Shown here piece by piece: positions 49,253-58,399 of a stretch of 64,000 nucleotides of DNA (positions within the stretch are counted from its first letter, which is position 1; every line of letters starts with the position of its first letter). The position numbers and the translations under genes are program-made. This DNA comes from Thermoanaerobaculia bacterium (GTDB taxonomy: Bacteria; Acidobacteriota; Thermoanaerobaculia; Multivoradales; Multivoraceae): assembly GCA_965232105.1 (NCBI GenBank), contig OZ246956.1, positions 4,596,408-4,660,407 of the forward strand. The letters run 5' to 3'. The notes under the pieces were generated by a model, which was not told the DNA's origin, did not search any database, and worked only from the letters and a program-made list of their open reading frames with translations.

Positions 49253-49636
49253 TCAGCGGCCGCCGCGGTCGACCGTGAAGGTCCATTCGCCGGTGAGGAC
49301 GTGTCCGTCGTCGCCCGCCGTCTGCCAGCGCGCCGTGTAGACACCGTCGGGCATCCGCCCCGTGACTCGAGCCATCAGGTCCTTCTCTCCCATCGAGTGA
49401 AGGCCTTCGACGTTCATCGCGCCGGCCGGACCCTCGAGCTCGAGCTTGCTGAGCGGCAAATCCGGCTCCTGGTTGAACCAGACACGAACGGTACGCGCAG
49501 GGCCGTTCAACATTGCGCCCTGTTCCGGACTCGTCTTGAGCGCCTTCAGGTGCGCGAAGGCCGCCGCCGCGAGCAGCAACGCGAACAGGACGACACCGAG
49601 TCCAACGATCCGGGGGAAGCGATTCCGGTCTCTCAT
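49253..49636 (-). CDS. copC: CopC copper-binding periplasmic protein
   Basis: Signal ending AFA then N-terminal His; SP, F, W...DDGH..G. Confidence 0.88.
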   Translation of the reverse strand: MRDRNRFPRIVGLGVVLFALLLAAAAFAHLKALKTSPEQGAMLNGPARTVRVWFNQEPDLPLSKLELEGPAGAMNVEGLHSMGEKDLMARVTGRMPDGVYTARWQTAGDDGHVLTGEWTFTVDRGGR

Positions 49637-49753
49637 CGAGATCGTCTCCGTACTTGCGTGGCGCCGACGCCAGTGCCGGCGCGGGTCATCCAGAGTAACA
49701 GCCCGCAGCGTGCCGTCCGGCGGCTCCGGTGTAGAGTCCCGCCTTCACCCCCG

Positions 49754-51145
49754 ATGAGCGATTCTCCCAGTCCGAGGAGCGATCCGTACACCGTCCGTGA
49801 GGGCGGCGCGGTCGAACCGCCGTCCACCTGGCGCAGCCGGCTGCGCTACCTCGGTCCCAGCATCGTCATCTCGGGATCGATCGTCGGCTCGGGCGAGATC
49901 ATCCTCACCTCGGGTCTCGGCGCCGCCGCCGGCTTCGTCATGCTCTGGTGGGTGCTCCTGTCGTGCTGGATCAAGTCTCTGATCCAGGCAGAGCTGAGCC
50001 GCTACATCCTGGTCTCGGGAGACACCTACGTCCGGGCAATGAACCGGCTGCCCGGCAAGATTCCGCTCGGCAGGGGACTGATCAGCTTCCCCGTCGTCAT
50101 CGCCCTGATCGCCATCATCCCGGGGTTACTGGGGCTGGGCGGGATCATCGGCGGCGCAGGGCAGGCGCTGACGCTGCTTGTTCCCGACGTGTCGTCGATC
50201 TGGGCCGCCGGTCTGATCGCCGCCGTGACGATCGCCCTGCTGGTCACCGGCTCCTACAAGGTGCTGGAAAACGCCATGCTCGGGCTGGTAATGATCTTCA
50301 CCGCCGCGACGCTGGTGTGCGCCGTCCTGATGCAGAAAACCCAGTACGCGGTGACCGGTGCCGACCTCCTGTCGGGCCTCACGTTCAGTTTCCCGCCCGA
50401 GTACCTGGTCGCGGCGATCGCCGTGTACGGCTACACCGGTGTCAACGCGTCGGAGACCTCCGCCTACCAGTACTGGTGCGTCGAGAAGGGCTACCCGAAC
50501 TTCATCGGCCGCAGCGACGCACCGGGATGGGAGGCCAGAGCCCGCGGCTGGATCAAGGTGCTCCAGACCGACGTCTGGGTCACGCTGGCGCTCCTGACCT
50601 GCGCCACCCTGCCCTTCTACATCCTGGGCGCCGGTGTCCTGCGCGCCCGCGGCAAGGTGCCGGACGGCCTCGAGACGATCTCCTTGCTGTCCGAGATGTT
50701 CACCGAGACCCTCGGAGCGTGGTCGCTGTGGCTGTTCGGCATCGGCGCCTTCTGCATCCTGTTCTCGACCATGCTCGCCGCGGTCGGCGGCGCCGCCCGT
50801 TTCATTCCGGACTACATCATGGAGCTCGGTTATCTCAACCGGCAGAACCTGGTCGCTCGTCGCAACTGGATCCGCGGCTACTGCACGCTCATCCCGGTAG
50901 TCGCCTTCGTCATCTACATGACGATCCCCAACCCCCGGCTGCTGGTGACGATCGGGGCTCTGACGCTGGCCATGCTGCTGCCGATCCAGAGCGGCGCGGT
51001 CCTGTGGTTCCAGAAGAACCGGATGGACCCGAGGATCCGGCCTGGCCCGTGGATCCGGCTCGCGATCTGGGGCATCTTTCTGTTCGAGTTGGCGATGACC
51101 TGGTTCGTCGTCCGCTACGTGGTCCTCGGCCCCTTTCTCGACTGA
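49754..51145 (+). CDS. Nramp-related transporter, paralog 1
   Basis: About 11 TM; LGPSIVISGSIVGSGE, YWCVEKGY, LFST. Confidence 0.8.
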   Translation: MSDSPSPRSDPYTVREGGAVEPPSTWRSRLRYLGPSIVISGSIVGSGEIILTSGLGAAAGFVMLWWVLLSCWIKSLIQAELSRYILVSGDTYVRAMNRLPGKIPLGRGLISFPVVIALIAIIPGLLGLGGIIGGAGQALTLLVPDVSSIWAAGLIAAVTIALLVTGSYKVLENAMLGLVMIFTAATLVCAVLMQKTQYAVTGADLLSGLTFSFPPEYLVAAIAVYGYTGVNASETSAYQYWCVEKGYPNFIGRSDAPGWEARARGWIKVLQTDVWVTLALLTCATLPFYILGAGVLRARGKVPDGLETISLLSEMFTETLGAWSLWLFGIGAFCILFSTMLAAVGGAARFIPDYIMELGYLNRQNLVARRNWIRGYCTLIPVVAFVIYMTIPNPRLLVTIGALTLAMLLPIQSGAVLWFQKNRMDPRIRPGPWIRLAIWGIFLFELAMTWFVVRYVVLGPFLD

Positions 51146-51174
51146 GGAGAGAACCACGACCGCACGTAAGTCCA

Positions 51175-52572
51175 ATGTCTTCAATCACTTACGTCGACCA
51201 GCGTAGCGATCCCTATACCGTCCGCGAAGGCGGCGCCACCGCACCGCCCACGAGCTGGCGAAGGCGGCTTCGCTATCTCGGCCCGAGCGTCGTCACTTCC
51301 GGAGCGATCGTCGGTTCGGGCGAGATAATCCTTACCTCGGGTCTGGGCGCCGCGGCGGGCTTCGTCATGCTGTGGTGGGTGCTCCTCTCCTGCTGGATCA
51401 AGTCCCTGATCCAGGCGGAACTCGCCCGGTACACGTTGGTCTCGGGCGACACCTACGTGCGGGCGATAAACCGCCTCCCCTTCCGGATCCGGATCGGCCG
51501 TGGCCACGTCAGCTTCGCCGTCGCCATCTCCCTGATCGCCCTGGTTCCCTCACTGGTGGGTCTGGGGGGAGTCATCGGCGGTGCGAGCCAGGCTCTGACC
51601 CTGCTGGCCCCGGCGGTGCCGTCGACCCTGGCAGCCGGACTGCTGGCCGCAATCACGATCGCCGTCCTGATCACGGGCTCCTACCGGATCCTGGAGAACG
51701 TGATGCTGGTGCTGGTCATGATCTTCACCGGCGCCACGCTCGTGTCCGCCATCCTGATGCAGGGCACGGAGTTCGCCGTCACGCGGGCCGAACTCGCCTC
51801 GGGCTTCACGTTCAGCTTCCCACCCGAGCTCATCGTCGCCGCCATGGCCGTCTACGGATTCACGGGCGTCAACTCCCTGGAGATCTCCGCCTACCAGTAC
51901 TGGTGCGTCGAGAAGGGCTACCCGAACTTCGTCGGCCGCAGCGATGCACCGGGGTGGGAGACGCGCGCCCGGGGGTGGATCAAGGTGATGCAGACGGACG
52001 TCTGGGTCACGCTGGCCTTGCTGACCTGCGCGACGGTGCCCTTCTACATGCTCGGTGCCGGCGTGCTGAAGAAACTCGGCAAGGAGCCCGACGGCCTGGA
52101 AACGATCTCCATGCTCTCGGAAATGTTCACCCAGACCCTGGGCCCCTGGTCGCTGTGGCTGTTCGGCATCGGCGCCTTCAGCATCCTGTTCTCGACGATG
52201 ATCTCGGCCGTCGCCGGCGGCGCCCGCTACATCCCGGACTACATCATGGAGCTGGGCTACCTGAAGCGTCGGAACCTGGCCGCCCGCAAGTCCTGGATCC
52301 GCGGCTACTGCACGGTCGGCCCGATCTTCTGCTTCACCGTCTACATGTGGATCCAGAACCCGCGACTGCTGATCACGATCAGCGCCCTGGTCGCCGGGCT
52401 GCTGCTACCGATTCAGAGCGGCGCCGTGCTCTGGCTGCACAAGAAGCGGATGGATCCCCGTCTTCTCCCGGGCCGGGGGATCCGGGCCGGAATCTGGGCC
52501 ATCTTCCTGGTCGAGCTGGCCCTGGTCGGATTCGTCATCCGCTACGTGGCTCTCGAGCCATTTCTCAACTGA
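51175..52572 (+). CDS. Nramp-related transporter, paralog 2
   Basis: Tandem near-copy of 49754-51145. Confidence 0.8.
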   Translation: MSSITYVDQRSDPYTVREGGATAPPTSWRRRLRYLGPSVVTSGAIVGSGEIILTSGLGAAAGFVMLWWVLLSCWIKSLIQAELARYTLVSGDTYVRAINRLPFRIRIGRGHVSFAVAISLIALVPSLVGLGGVIGGASQALTLLAPAVPSTLAAGLLAAITIAVLITGSYRILENVMLVLVMIFTGATLVSAILMQGTEFAVTRAELASGFTFSFPPELIVAAMAVYGFTGVNSLEISAYQYWCVEKGYPNFVGRSDAPGWETRARGWIKVMQTDVWVTLALLTCATVPFYMLGAGVLKKLGKEPDGLETISMLSEMFTQTLGPWSLWLFGIGAFSILFSTMISAVAGGARYIPDYIMELGYLKRRNLAARKSWIRGYCTVGPIFCFTVYMWIQNPRLLITISALVAGLLLPIQSGAVLWLHKKRMDPRLLPGRGIRAGIWAIFLVELALVGFVIRYVALEPFLN

Positions 52573-52581
52573 GGAGCAACG

Positions 52582-54258
52582 ATGTTCTCGCGATCGGCCA
52601 TTGGCATTCGCACACGCACAGGACTGGCCTTCAACACTGCATGTCTTGGCGCCCTGACCCTGCTGGCCGGGTGCGCTTCCCCGGACGCCGACGTGATGGA
52701 AGCGGGCGCCGCAGGCGTCCGAACGATCGGTGAGAGCGCCAGCTTCCGCGGCATCAACGGCATCCTCTTCGGACCGGACGGAGACCTCTACCTGACTTCC
52801 GTCGTCACCCCGGCGTTGGCGCGGATCGACCCGGAGAGCGGCGAGATCCTAGACAACTGGGGCCTTGAGGACGGAGCCAAGTCGCCTGACGATCTGGCCT
52901 TCGGATCCGATGGCTCGGTGTACTGGACCGACATCAGCAACGGCGAGGTCGCCATGCGCACGCCCACTGGCGAGACGCGCGTGGTCGCCTCGCCAGGCGT
53001 CGGGGTCAACCCGATCACCTTCTCGGACGACGGCCGGCTCTTCGTCTCCCAGTGCTTCATGGACACGAACCTGTTCGAGCTCGACCCGGCTGGCGAGGCC
53101 GAGCCACGGCTCATCCGTGACGACCTTGGGCCGGGTTGTGGCCTGAACGGCATGGACTGGGGTTCCGCCGACGGCAAGCTCTACGGCCCGCGCTGGTTCC
53201 GCGGCGAGGTCGTGCGCCTGGATGTCGACAGCGGCGAGATGGAGACGGTCGCCAGCGGCTTCGAAGTGCCGGCGGCGGTCAAGTTCAACAGCGAAGGCGT
53301 GCTCCACGTGCTCGACTCGCTCCGGGGCGAGGTCGTCCGGGTGAACGAGGACGGCGGCAAGCAGGTCGTCGCCCGCGTTCAGCCCGGGCTCGACAACTTC
53401 GCCTTCGACGCAGACGACCGCCTGTTCATCTCCAGCTTCGCCGACGGCTTCATCGTCGAGGCGCTGTCCCCTGAGACGAACCGCATGGTGCTCGAGGGCG
53501 GGCTGAACATGCCCGGCGGCCTGGCGTTGATCGGGGCCGGAGACGCGACCCGGCTCGTCGTCGCCGACTTCTTCGCCCTGCGCCAGCTCGACCCGGCAAC
53601 CGGCGACGTACTCGGCGTCGTCCGCGACGTGATCGGCTTCTCCGACATCGGCACGTCGATGTCGGTTCATGCCGCGGACGACGGCCAGATCATCCTCTCG
53701 AGCTGGTTCGACAACGCGGTGCGGCTCTGGGATCCGGCTGCGGACGCACTGGTCCAAATCTTCGGCGAACTGGCCGCCCCCATCGACGCGATCCAGTTCG
53801 AGGGCGACATCGTCGCCAGCCAGTGGGGCGCCGGCAACGTGATCGCGTTCTCGCCGCAGAGCCCGGAAGAGAAGCGAGTCCTCGCAGACGGTCTCGAAGG
53901 GCCGGCCGGTCTGACGGAGTTGGACGGCAGCCTCTACGTCACCGACAACCTCGCCGGCGCCCTGCTCCGCATCGGCGCCGCAGGCGCCGAGGAAGTAGCG
54001 AGCGGACTCGAGCAACCGGAAGGGCTGGCAGCGGCCAACGGCTCGATCTACGTCGTCGAAGCCGGCGCGGGCCGGGTCACGGCCATCGACCCCGTGAACG
54101 GAGCGACATGGGGCGTTGCCGAGAACCTCGAACTCCATGTGCCGCCAAGCGGCGCCTTCCCGAACACGATGCTGTTCAACGGGATCACGACCGACGGCGA
54201 GACCGCCTGGGTCGCCGGCGACGCCGCGAACACGATCTACGTGGTGGACCTGGAGTAG
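52582..54258 (+). CDS. SMP-30/gluconolactonase/NHL-like double beta-propeller lipoprotein
   Basis: Lipobox LAGC; repeated PxGLA/PDDLAF/NGMD blades. Confidence 0.75.
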   Translation: MFSRSAIGIRTRTGLAFNTACLGALTLLAGCASPDADVMEAGAAGVRTIGESASFRGINGILFGPDGDLYLTSVVTPALARIDPESGEILDNWGLEDGAKSPDDLAFGSDGSVYWTDISNGEVAMRTPTGETRVVASPGVGVNPITFSDDGRLFVSQCFMDTNLFELDPAGEAEPRLIRDDLGPGCGLNGMDWGSADGKLYGPRWFRGEVVRLDVDSGEMETVASGFEVPAAVKFNSEGVLHVLDSLRGEVVRVNEDGGKQVVARVQPGLDNFAFDADDRLFISSFADGFIVEALSPETNRMVLEGGLNMPGGLALIGAGDATRLVVADFFALRQLDPATGDVLGVVRDVIGFSDIGTSMSVHAADDGQIILSSWFDNAVRLWDPAADALVQIFGELAAPIDAIQFEGDIVASQWGAGNVIAFSPQSPEEKRVLADGLEGPAGLTELDGSLYVTDNLAGALLRIGAAGAEEVASGLEQPEGLAAANGSIYVVEAGAGRVTAIDPVNGATWGVAENLELHVPPSGAFPNTMLFNGITTDGETAWVAGDAANTIYVVDLE

Positions 54259-54348
54259 CGGCAAATCCGGGTGTCGTGCAGTAAGCGGTCAGGTCGTCGC
54301 AGGCGACGCCGCGGCCATAACCCCAGCCATCTACGTCATCGACCTCGA

Positions 54349-54858
54349 CTAGTCACCCAAACCGTGGTCGCCGTACGTCGTGGCCGCCCCCGTCCCGCCC
54401 GGCCCCAACCGGCCGCCCTCGCCGAAGTGCCCCTTGCCCGGGACGTGGTTCACCTCGACCCGGATGCCGTCCGGGTCCTCGACCAGGATCGAGTAGTAGC
54501 CCGGCGCGAACCGTGAACCCTCCTCGGGGCCGTGAACGATCGTCGCGTCGAGTTCCGACTCGATGAAGCGGTAGATCGAGTCGACATCCGCGCGGCTCCG
54601 GGCCCGGAAGCAGACGTGGTGGAGCCCCGGCCGATCCTGATCGAACCGCCTGTCCCGCTTGTCCGGCGGCGCCGCCCGCACCAGGATGCCGGTGCGACTG
54701 CCGATGCAGTACAGCACCTCCTCGCCGCGGATCAGTGTCTTCATCTCGAGGAAGTTGCAGAGCCGCTCCCAGAACGGCAGGCAGCGTTCCGGGTCGCGGA
54801 CCGTCAACTGGATGTGCGCGATCCCGTTGACGCCAACGGTCTGGCCGGCGCTGCTCAC
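54349..54858 (-). CDS. VOC/glyoxalase family protein
   Basis: IAHIQLTV, GLHHVCF, YYS..EDPDGIRVE. Confidence 0.88.
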   Translation of the reverse strand: MSSAGQTVGVNGIAHIQLTVRDPERCLPFWERLCNFLEMKTLIRGEEVLYCIGSRTGILVRAAPPDKRDRRFDQDRPGLHHVCFRARSRADVDSIYRFIESELDATIVHGPEEGSRFAPGYYSILVEDPDGIRVEVNHVPGKGHFGEGGRLGPGGTGAATTYGDHGLGD

Positions 54859-56162
54859 TCCCCGCCTGTCGCGGCCGACTTCGCCCTCTCGCCCGGATCG
54901 ACCTCGATCAACTCGAAGATGCCGACCATCATCTCGTCCGTCGACTGGAAGCCGAAGCCGACATCGCGGTTCGGATCCGGATTGACGGGGTTCGCCGCCG
55001 AGTTGTCGTAGTGCGCCACGACCTCGACCACGCTTCCCGCCGGCAGCAGTGTCGGCGCCTCCGGGTAGTAGAAGAGTTGCCAGTCGAAGTCGTACTCCGG
55101 CACCTCGAGAAGGACCTCGCGGCTGCCGTCCGGGTAGACCGCGGTGAATGACATCGCCTTGCCGCGCAAGTGCATGTGCGGGAAGTAGGAGACGATCCGC
55201 GAATCGGCCTTGAGTTCGTGACGGGCCTCGATCCGATGGTTCGTGGCGCCGGCCGGGATCGTGAAGTCCATTCTGCTCGCGAGGATCGCCTCGACCTCGA
55301 CCTCCAGCGGACCCTCGCCGAAGTAGAGGCCGATCCGGGTCCTGTCGGTACGTTCCGAGTCGCCATTCGGATGGTAGTGCTGGTTGATCACCAGCATGGC
55401 GCCGGGGTTCACCCAGCGCCCGGCGCCGTCCGGGAACACGGTCGGCGACGCTCCTACCGCCCAGATCCCGAGAATCTCCAGGTCAACGCCACCTGCTTCC
55501 CCGCCCGGCCGTTCCTGCTCCTTACCCGAACCCAGGCCGCCGAATCCGCCCATGAAGGCGACCTGGTGGTGGTTCACGGTGCGGTCGCCGGGGAGGAACT
55601 CCACCGCCCGCAGCCAGCGACGTTCCGGGATGTCCAGCCGCACGAGCGGATTGGGAACCAGGTCCGGCCCGGTCGCCGGCACGGTCACGGGAGGCAGTTC
55701 GATCACGTAGTCCGGTTCGCCCACCTGCCAACCATCCCTGAACCGCGGCGGCTCGGGCATCAGCGTCGGGTCGCCCGCTTTGGCGCCGCCATCGACCCAG
55801 GCGACGATCGTCTCCATCTCCTCCCTGCTCAGCCGGGCGTCGTTCGCCCAGACGCCGTGTTCAGGGCTCGCGAACCACGGAGGCATCTCGCCGCTCAAGA
55901 CGACGCGCCGGATCGAGCGCGCCCAGGGCCGCGCCTCCCGGTAGGTCAGGAGCGACATCGGTGCGATCTCGCCCGGCCGGTGGCAGCCGACGCAGTGGCG
56001 CATCAGGATCGGCGCCACGTCACTGCTGAACAGGACCCCGTCACCCTCCGCCGCGCCGACCGGCCCCGGGATGGCGGCCACGGCGACGATCAATGCCCCG
56101 GCACCCAGCACACACAAGACAGTGAAACCGGGCGAACGGACTACCGGCGACGGATGCTGCAT
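54855..56162 (-). CDS. Cytochrome c - copper type II (PHM/DBH-like) monooxygenase fusion
   Basis: DVAPIL..CVGCH, MPPW, NHH, HYHP, FPHMH, YDFDWQ, DEMM. Confidence 0.8.
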   Translation of the reverse strand: MQHPSPVVRSPGFTVLCVLGAGALIVAVAAIPGPVGAAEGDGVLFSSDVAPILMRHCVGCHRPGEIAPMSLLTYREARPWARSIRRVVLSGEMPPWFASPEHGVWANDARLSREEMETIVAWVDGGAKAGDPTLMPEPPRFRDGWQVGEPDYVIELPPVTVPATGPDLVPNPLVRLDIPERRWLRAVEFLPGDRTVNHHQVAFMGGFGGLGSGKEQERPGGEAGGVDLEILGIWAVGASPTVFPDGAGRWVNPGAMLVINQHYHPNGDSERTDRTRIGLYFGEGPLEVEVEAILASRMDFTIPAGATNHRIEARHELKADSRIVSYFPHMHLRGKAMSFTAVYPDGSREVLLEVPEYDFDWQLFYYPEAPTLLPAGSVVEVVAHYDNSAANPVNPDPNRDVGFGFQSTDEMMVGIFELIEVDPGERAKSAATGGE

Positions 56163-56234
56163 GGACGACTCCCTCCGAAGACCGACCTCAGACTACCGCA
56201 GCCACCAGGCCACTCCGCCCCGCATGCACGTGCA

Positions 56235-56283
56235 GGCGGACGGCGGAAGGACAAGGAGGGAAGTCCGGACTCCGCCGTCCGCC
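56235..56283 (-). promoter_or_regulatory. 5' leader hairpin with anti-SD loop
   Basis: Perfect 13-bp IR GGCGGACGGCGGA/TCCGCCGTCCGCC; loop UUCCCUCCUU on the minus strand. Confidence 0.55.
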
Positions 56284-56306
56284 CCACGGCAAAGACAACT
56301 CGGGAG

Positions 56307-56321
56307 GCAACCCATGTGCCA
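56307..56321 (-). promoter_or_regulatory. Sigma54 (-24/-12) promoter
   Basis: TGGCAC-ATGGG-TTGC, exact consensus spacing, oriented toward 54855-56162. Confidence 0.7.
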
Positions 56322-56612
56322 GCACTGGCTGTCACGGCACAAAGACCCCGAATCCTTGTCCCGACTACCCCGTTTCGGAGGTTCCGGGCCCCGAGGGAGC
56401 CATCCCGGGACAACAAAATCGTAGGGCCAGGGGACCACGCCGACATGAACGTCCGAGCCGCTCCCTTGGCTCGAGTGCAGCTCTTCCGCCCGAACCGGTG
56501 CCACCCGCTCCTCAAACAGGGGACGATTCCAACCTGAGGGAAGCACCTTTCCCTGGGCTGCTAAAGTCCGCCCCCAACATTCCAGCACCCCTTTTCAGGA
56601 GAACCACCCAGA

Positions 56613-57280
56613 ATGCACCGACACACCATCTGCCGCCTTCTCGTGCTCAGCTTGTGCCTCGCCGTCATGGGCTTCGCACCCGTCGCCGCGCAGGAGCGTC
56701 CGTCCAGCCCCGAGGGCGCCGCGTCGACCCAGATCGGCGACGCCTGGATCGACATCACCTACTCCCGGCCGATCCTCCGCGGACGCAACGGCATTTTCGG
56801 CGCGGGCGACGAGTACGGCCAGGCGCTCAACCCGCGGGGCGGACATCACCTACTCCCGGCCGTCTCGGGCGGGCGACGAGTACGGCCAGGCGCTCAACGC
56901 GGGCGGCCCCGTCTGGCGCGCGGGCGCGAACGACCCGGATCAAGACCGGAGCCGACCTGATGATCGGCGGCACGACGGTGCCGGCCGGCGAGTACAGCTT
57001 CTTCATCGAACTGAAGGAGGGCGCCTGGACCGCGATCATCTCGAAGCAGGACTACATGGAGACGTTCGACCGCGACAGGATGGCGGAGGGCCTCACCTGG
57101 GGCGCCTACGGCTACAACCCCGAGCACGACGTCGTACGGGCCGACATGGTCACGGCGACAGAAGCGTTCTCCATCGACCAGATGACGATCCTGTTCACCG
57201 GCGTCTCGGACGCCGGCGGCGAGATCGTCGTCATGTGGGACAACCAGATGGGCACACTGCCGTTCGGCGTCGCTCCGTAA
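56613..57280 (+). pseudogene. DUF2911-family secreted protein, disrupted by local duplication and frameshifts (possibly assembly artefact)
   Basis: RPSSP, ITYSRP, VWRAGAN, VPAGEYS, WGAYGY in different frames. Confidence 0.75.
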
Positions 57281-57308
57281 CGGCAGCCCTCCGGCAGTCT
57301 CAGTCTTC

Positions 57309-57343
57309 CGCGGCGACCCGGGCTTCCTCGGCCCGGGCGCCGC
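57309..57343. terminator. GC-rich hairpin between convergent genes
   Basis: GCGGCG.CCCGGGC / GCCCGGG.CGCCGC; no U-tract. Confidence 0.35.
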
Positions 57344-58339
57344 TCAGGCGTCGCACGCCCGGTAGGCGTCGATGACCGCGCGCTCGCCCTCGCGGCCCGG
57401 CTTCGCGTTGCCGTGCTCCATCCCCACGTTGCCGTCGAAGCCCCTGCTCTTCAGGTGACGGAAGACGTTGAGATAGTTGATCTCGCCCGTGGTCGGCTCC
57501 TTCCGCCCCGGGTTGTCGCCGACCTGGATGTACGCGATCTCGTCCCAGGCACGGTCGAGGTTCGGAATCAGGTTCCCCTCGGTGATCTGCTGGTGGTAGA
57601 GGTCGTCGAGGATCTTGACCGAAGGTGAGCCGACCGCCTTGCAGATCTGGTACGCCTGCGGAATCCCGGTCAGGAACACGCCGGGGTGGTTCGTCCAGTG
57701 GTTGAGCGGCTCGAGTACCGCGACCAGGCCGGCCGGCTCCAGGATCGCCGCGGCCCGTTTCAGGTTCTCGACCACGTTTACCGTCTGGTACTCCCATTCG
57801 AGGCCCGGGTCGAGCTGGCCAGGCACCACGGTGCACCACGTCGCGTTCACCCTCTTGCCGATCTCGACCGCCTTTCGCATGTCCGCCTCGATCGCCTCGC
57901 GCACCGAGGAGTCGGAGGAGGCGAAGCTCACGCCTCCCCAGGAGGTGTGGGCGACGAAGACGCCCATCTCCATGCCCAGCCGGTCGAGTTCGGCGGCGAT
58001 CTTCTCCTGGAGCGAAACCTCGCGACCGCCCATGCCGTTGTCCTCAAGGGCCCGAAAGCCCTCGTCGTGCATGAACCGGAGTTGATCGAGGTGGTCGTCG
58101 CCGGCGTGATGCCGGAACATCCCGAAGTGTGGCGCGTACTTGAGCCCGAATGCACCGTTCCCGGCGGGCTGCGCGGCCCGCGCTCTCGCCGCTCCCGGCA
58201 CGGAGACCTCGACCGCAAGCGCGGCGCCGGCCGCGGCGCCCCCGGCAAGCAGTTCGCGACGGCCGATCGGTCTCGCGCGGTGGCCCTTCGATTGACCGCT
58301 CCCGGCTTCGATCTCGGAGTCTCCATTTGATCGTCGCAT
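57344..58339 (-). CDS. Hydroxypyruvate isomerase-like TIM barrel, Tat-exported
   Basis: GRRELL Tat motif; LEPLN, DLYHQQITEG, GDNPGR.EP.TGEINY, GMEH. Confidence 0.88.
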   Translation of the reverse strand: MRRSNGDSEIEAGSGQSKGHRARPIGRRELLAGGAAAGAALAVEVSVPGAARARAAQPAGNGAFGLKYAPHFGMFRHHAGDDHLDQLRFMHDEGFRALEDNGMGGREVSLQEKIAAELDRLGMEMGVFVAHTSWGGVSFASSDSSVREAIEADMRKAVEIGKRVNATWCTVVPGQLDPGLEWEYQTVNVVENLKRAAAILEPAGLVAVLEPLNHWTNHPGVFLTGIPQAYQICKAVGSPSVKILDDLYHQQITEGNLIPNLDRAWDEIAYIQVGDNPGRKEPTTGEINYLNVFRHLKSRGFDGNVGMEHGNAKPGREGERAVIDAYRACDA

Positions 58340-58399
58340 CGTGGCAGAGTAGCACTCCCGCTTGCCGCCCCACCGCGGCCTGAACCGGAAGGAAGGACG

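Noticed and set aside
56255-56275. GAGGGAAGTCCGGACTCC resembles the RNase P RNA 5' conserved motif
   Set aside because: Other rnpB motifs (AGTGCAACAG, GGTAAAC, ACAGAA..CGGCTTA) are absent; better explained as the leader hairpin
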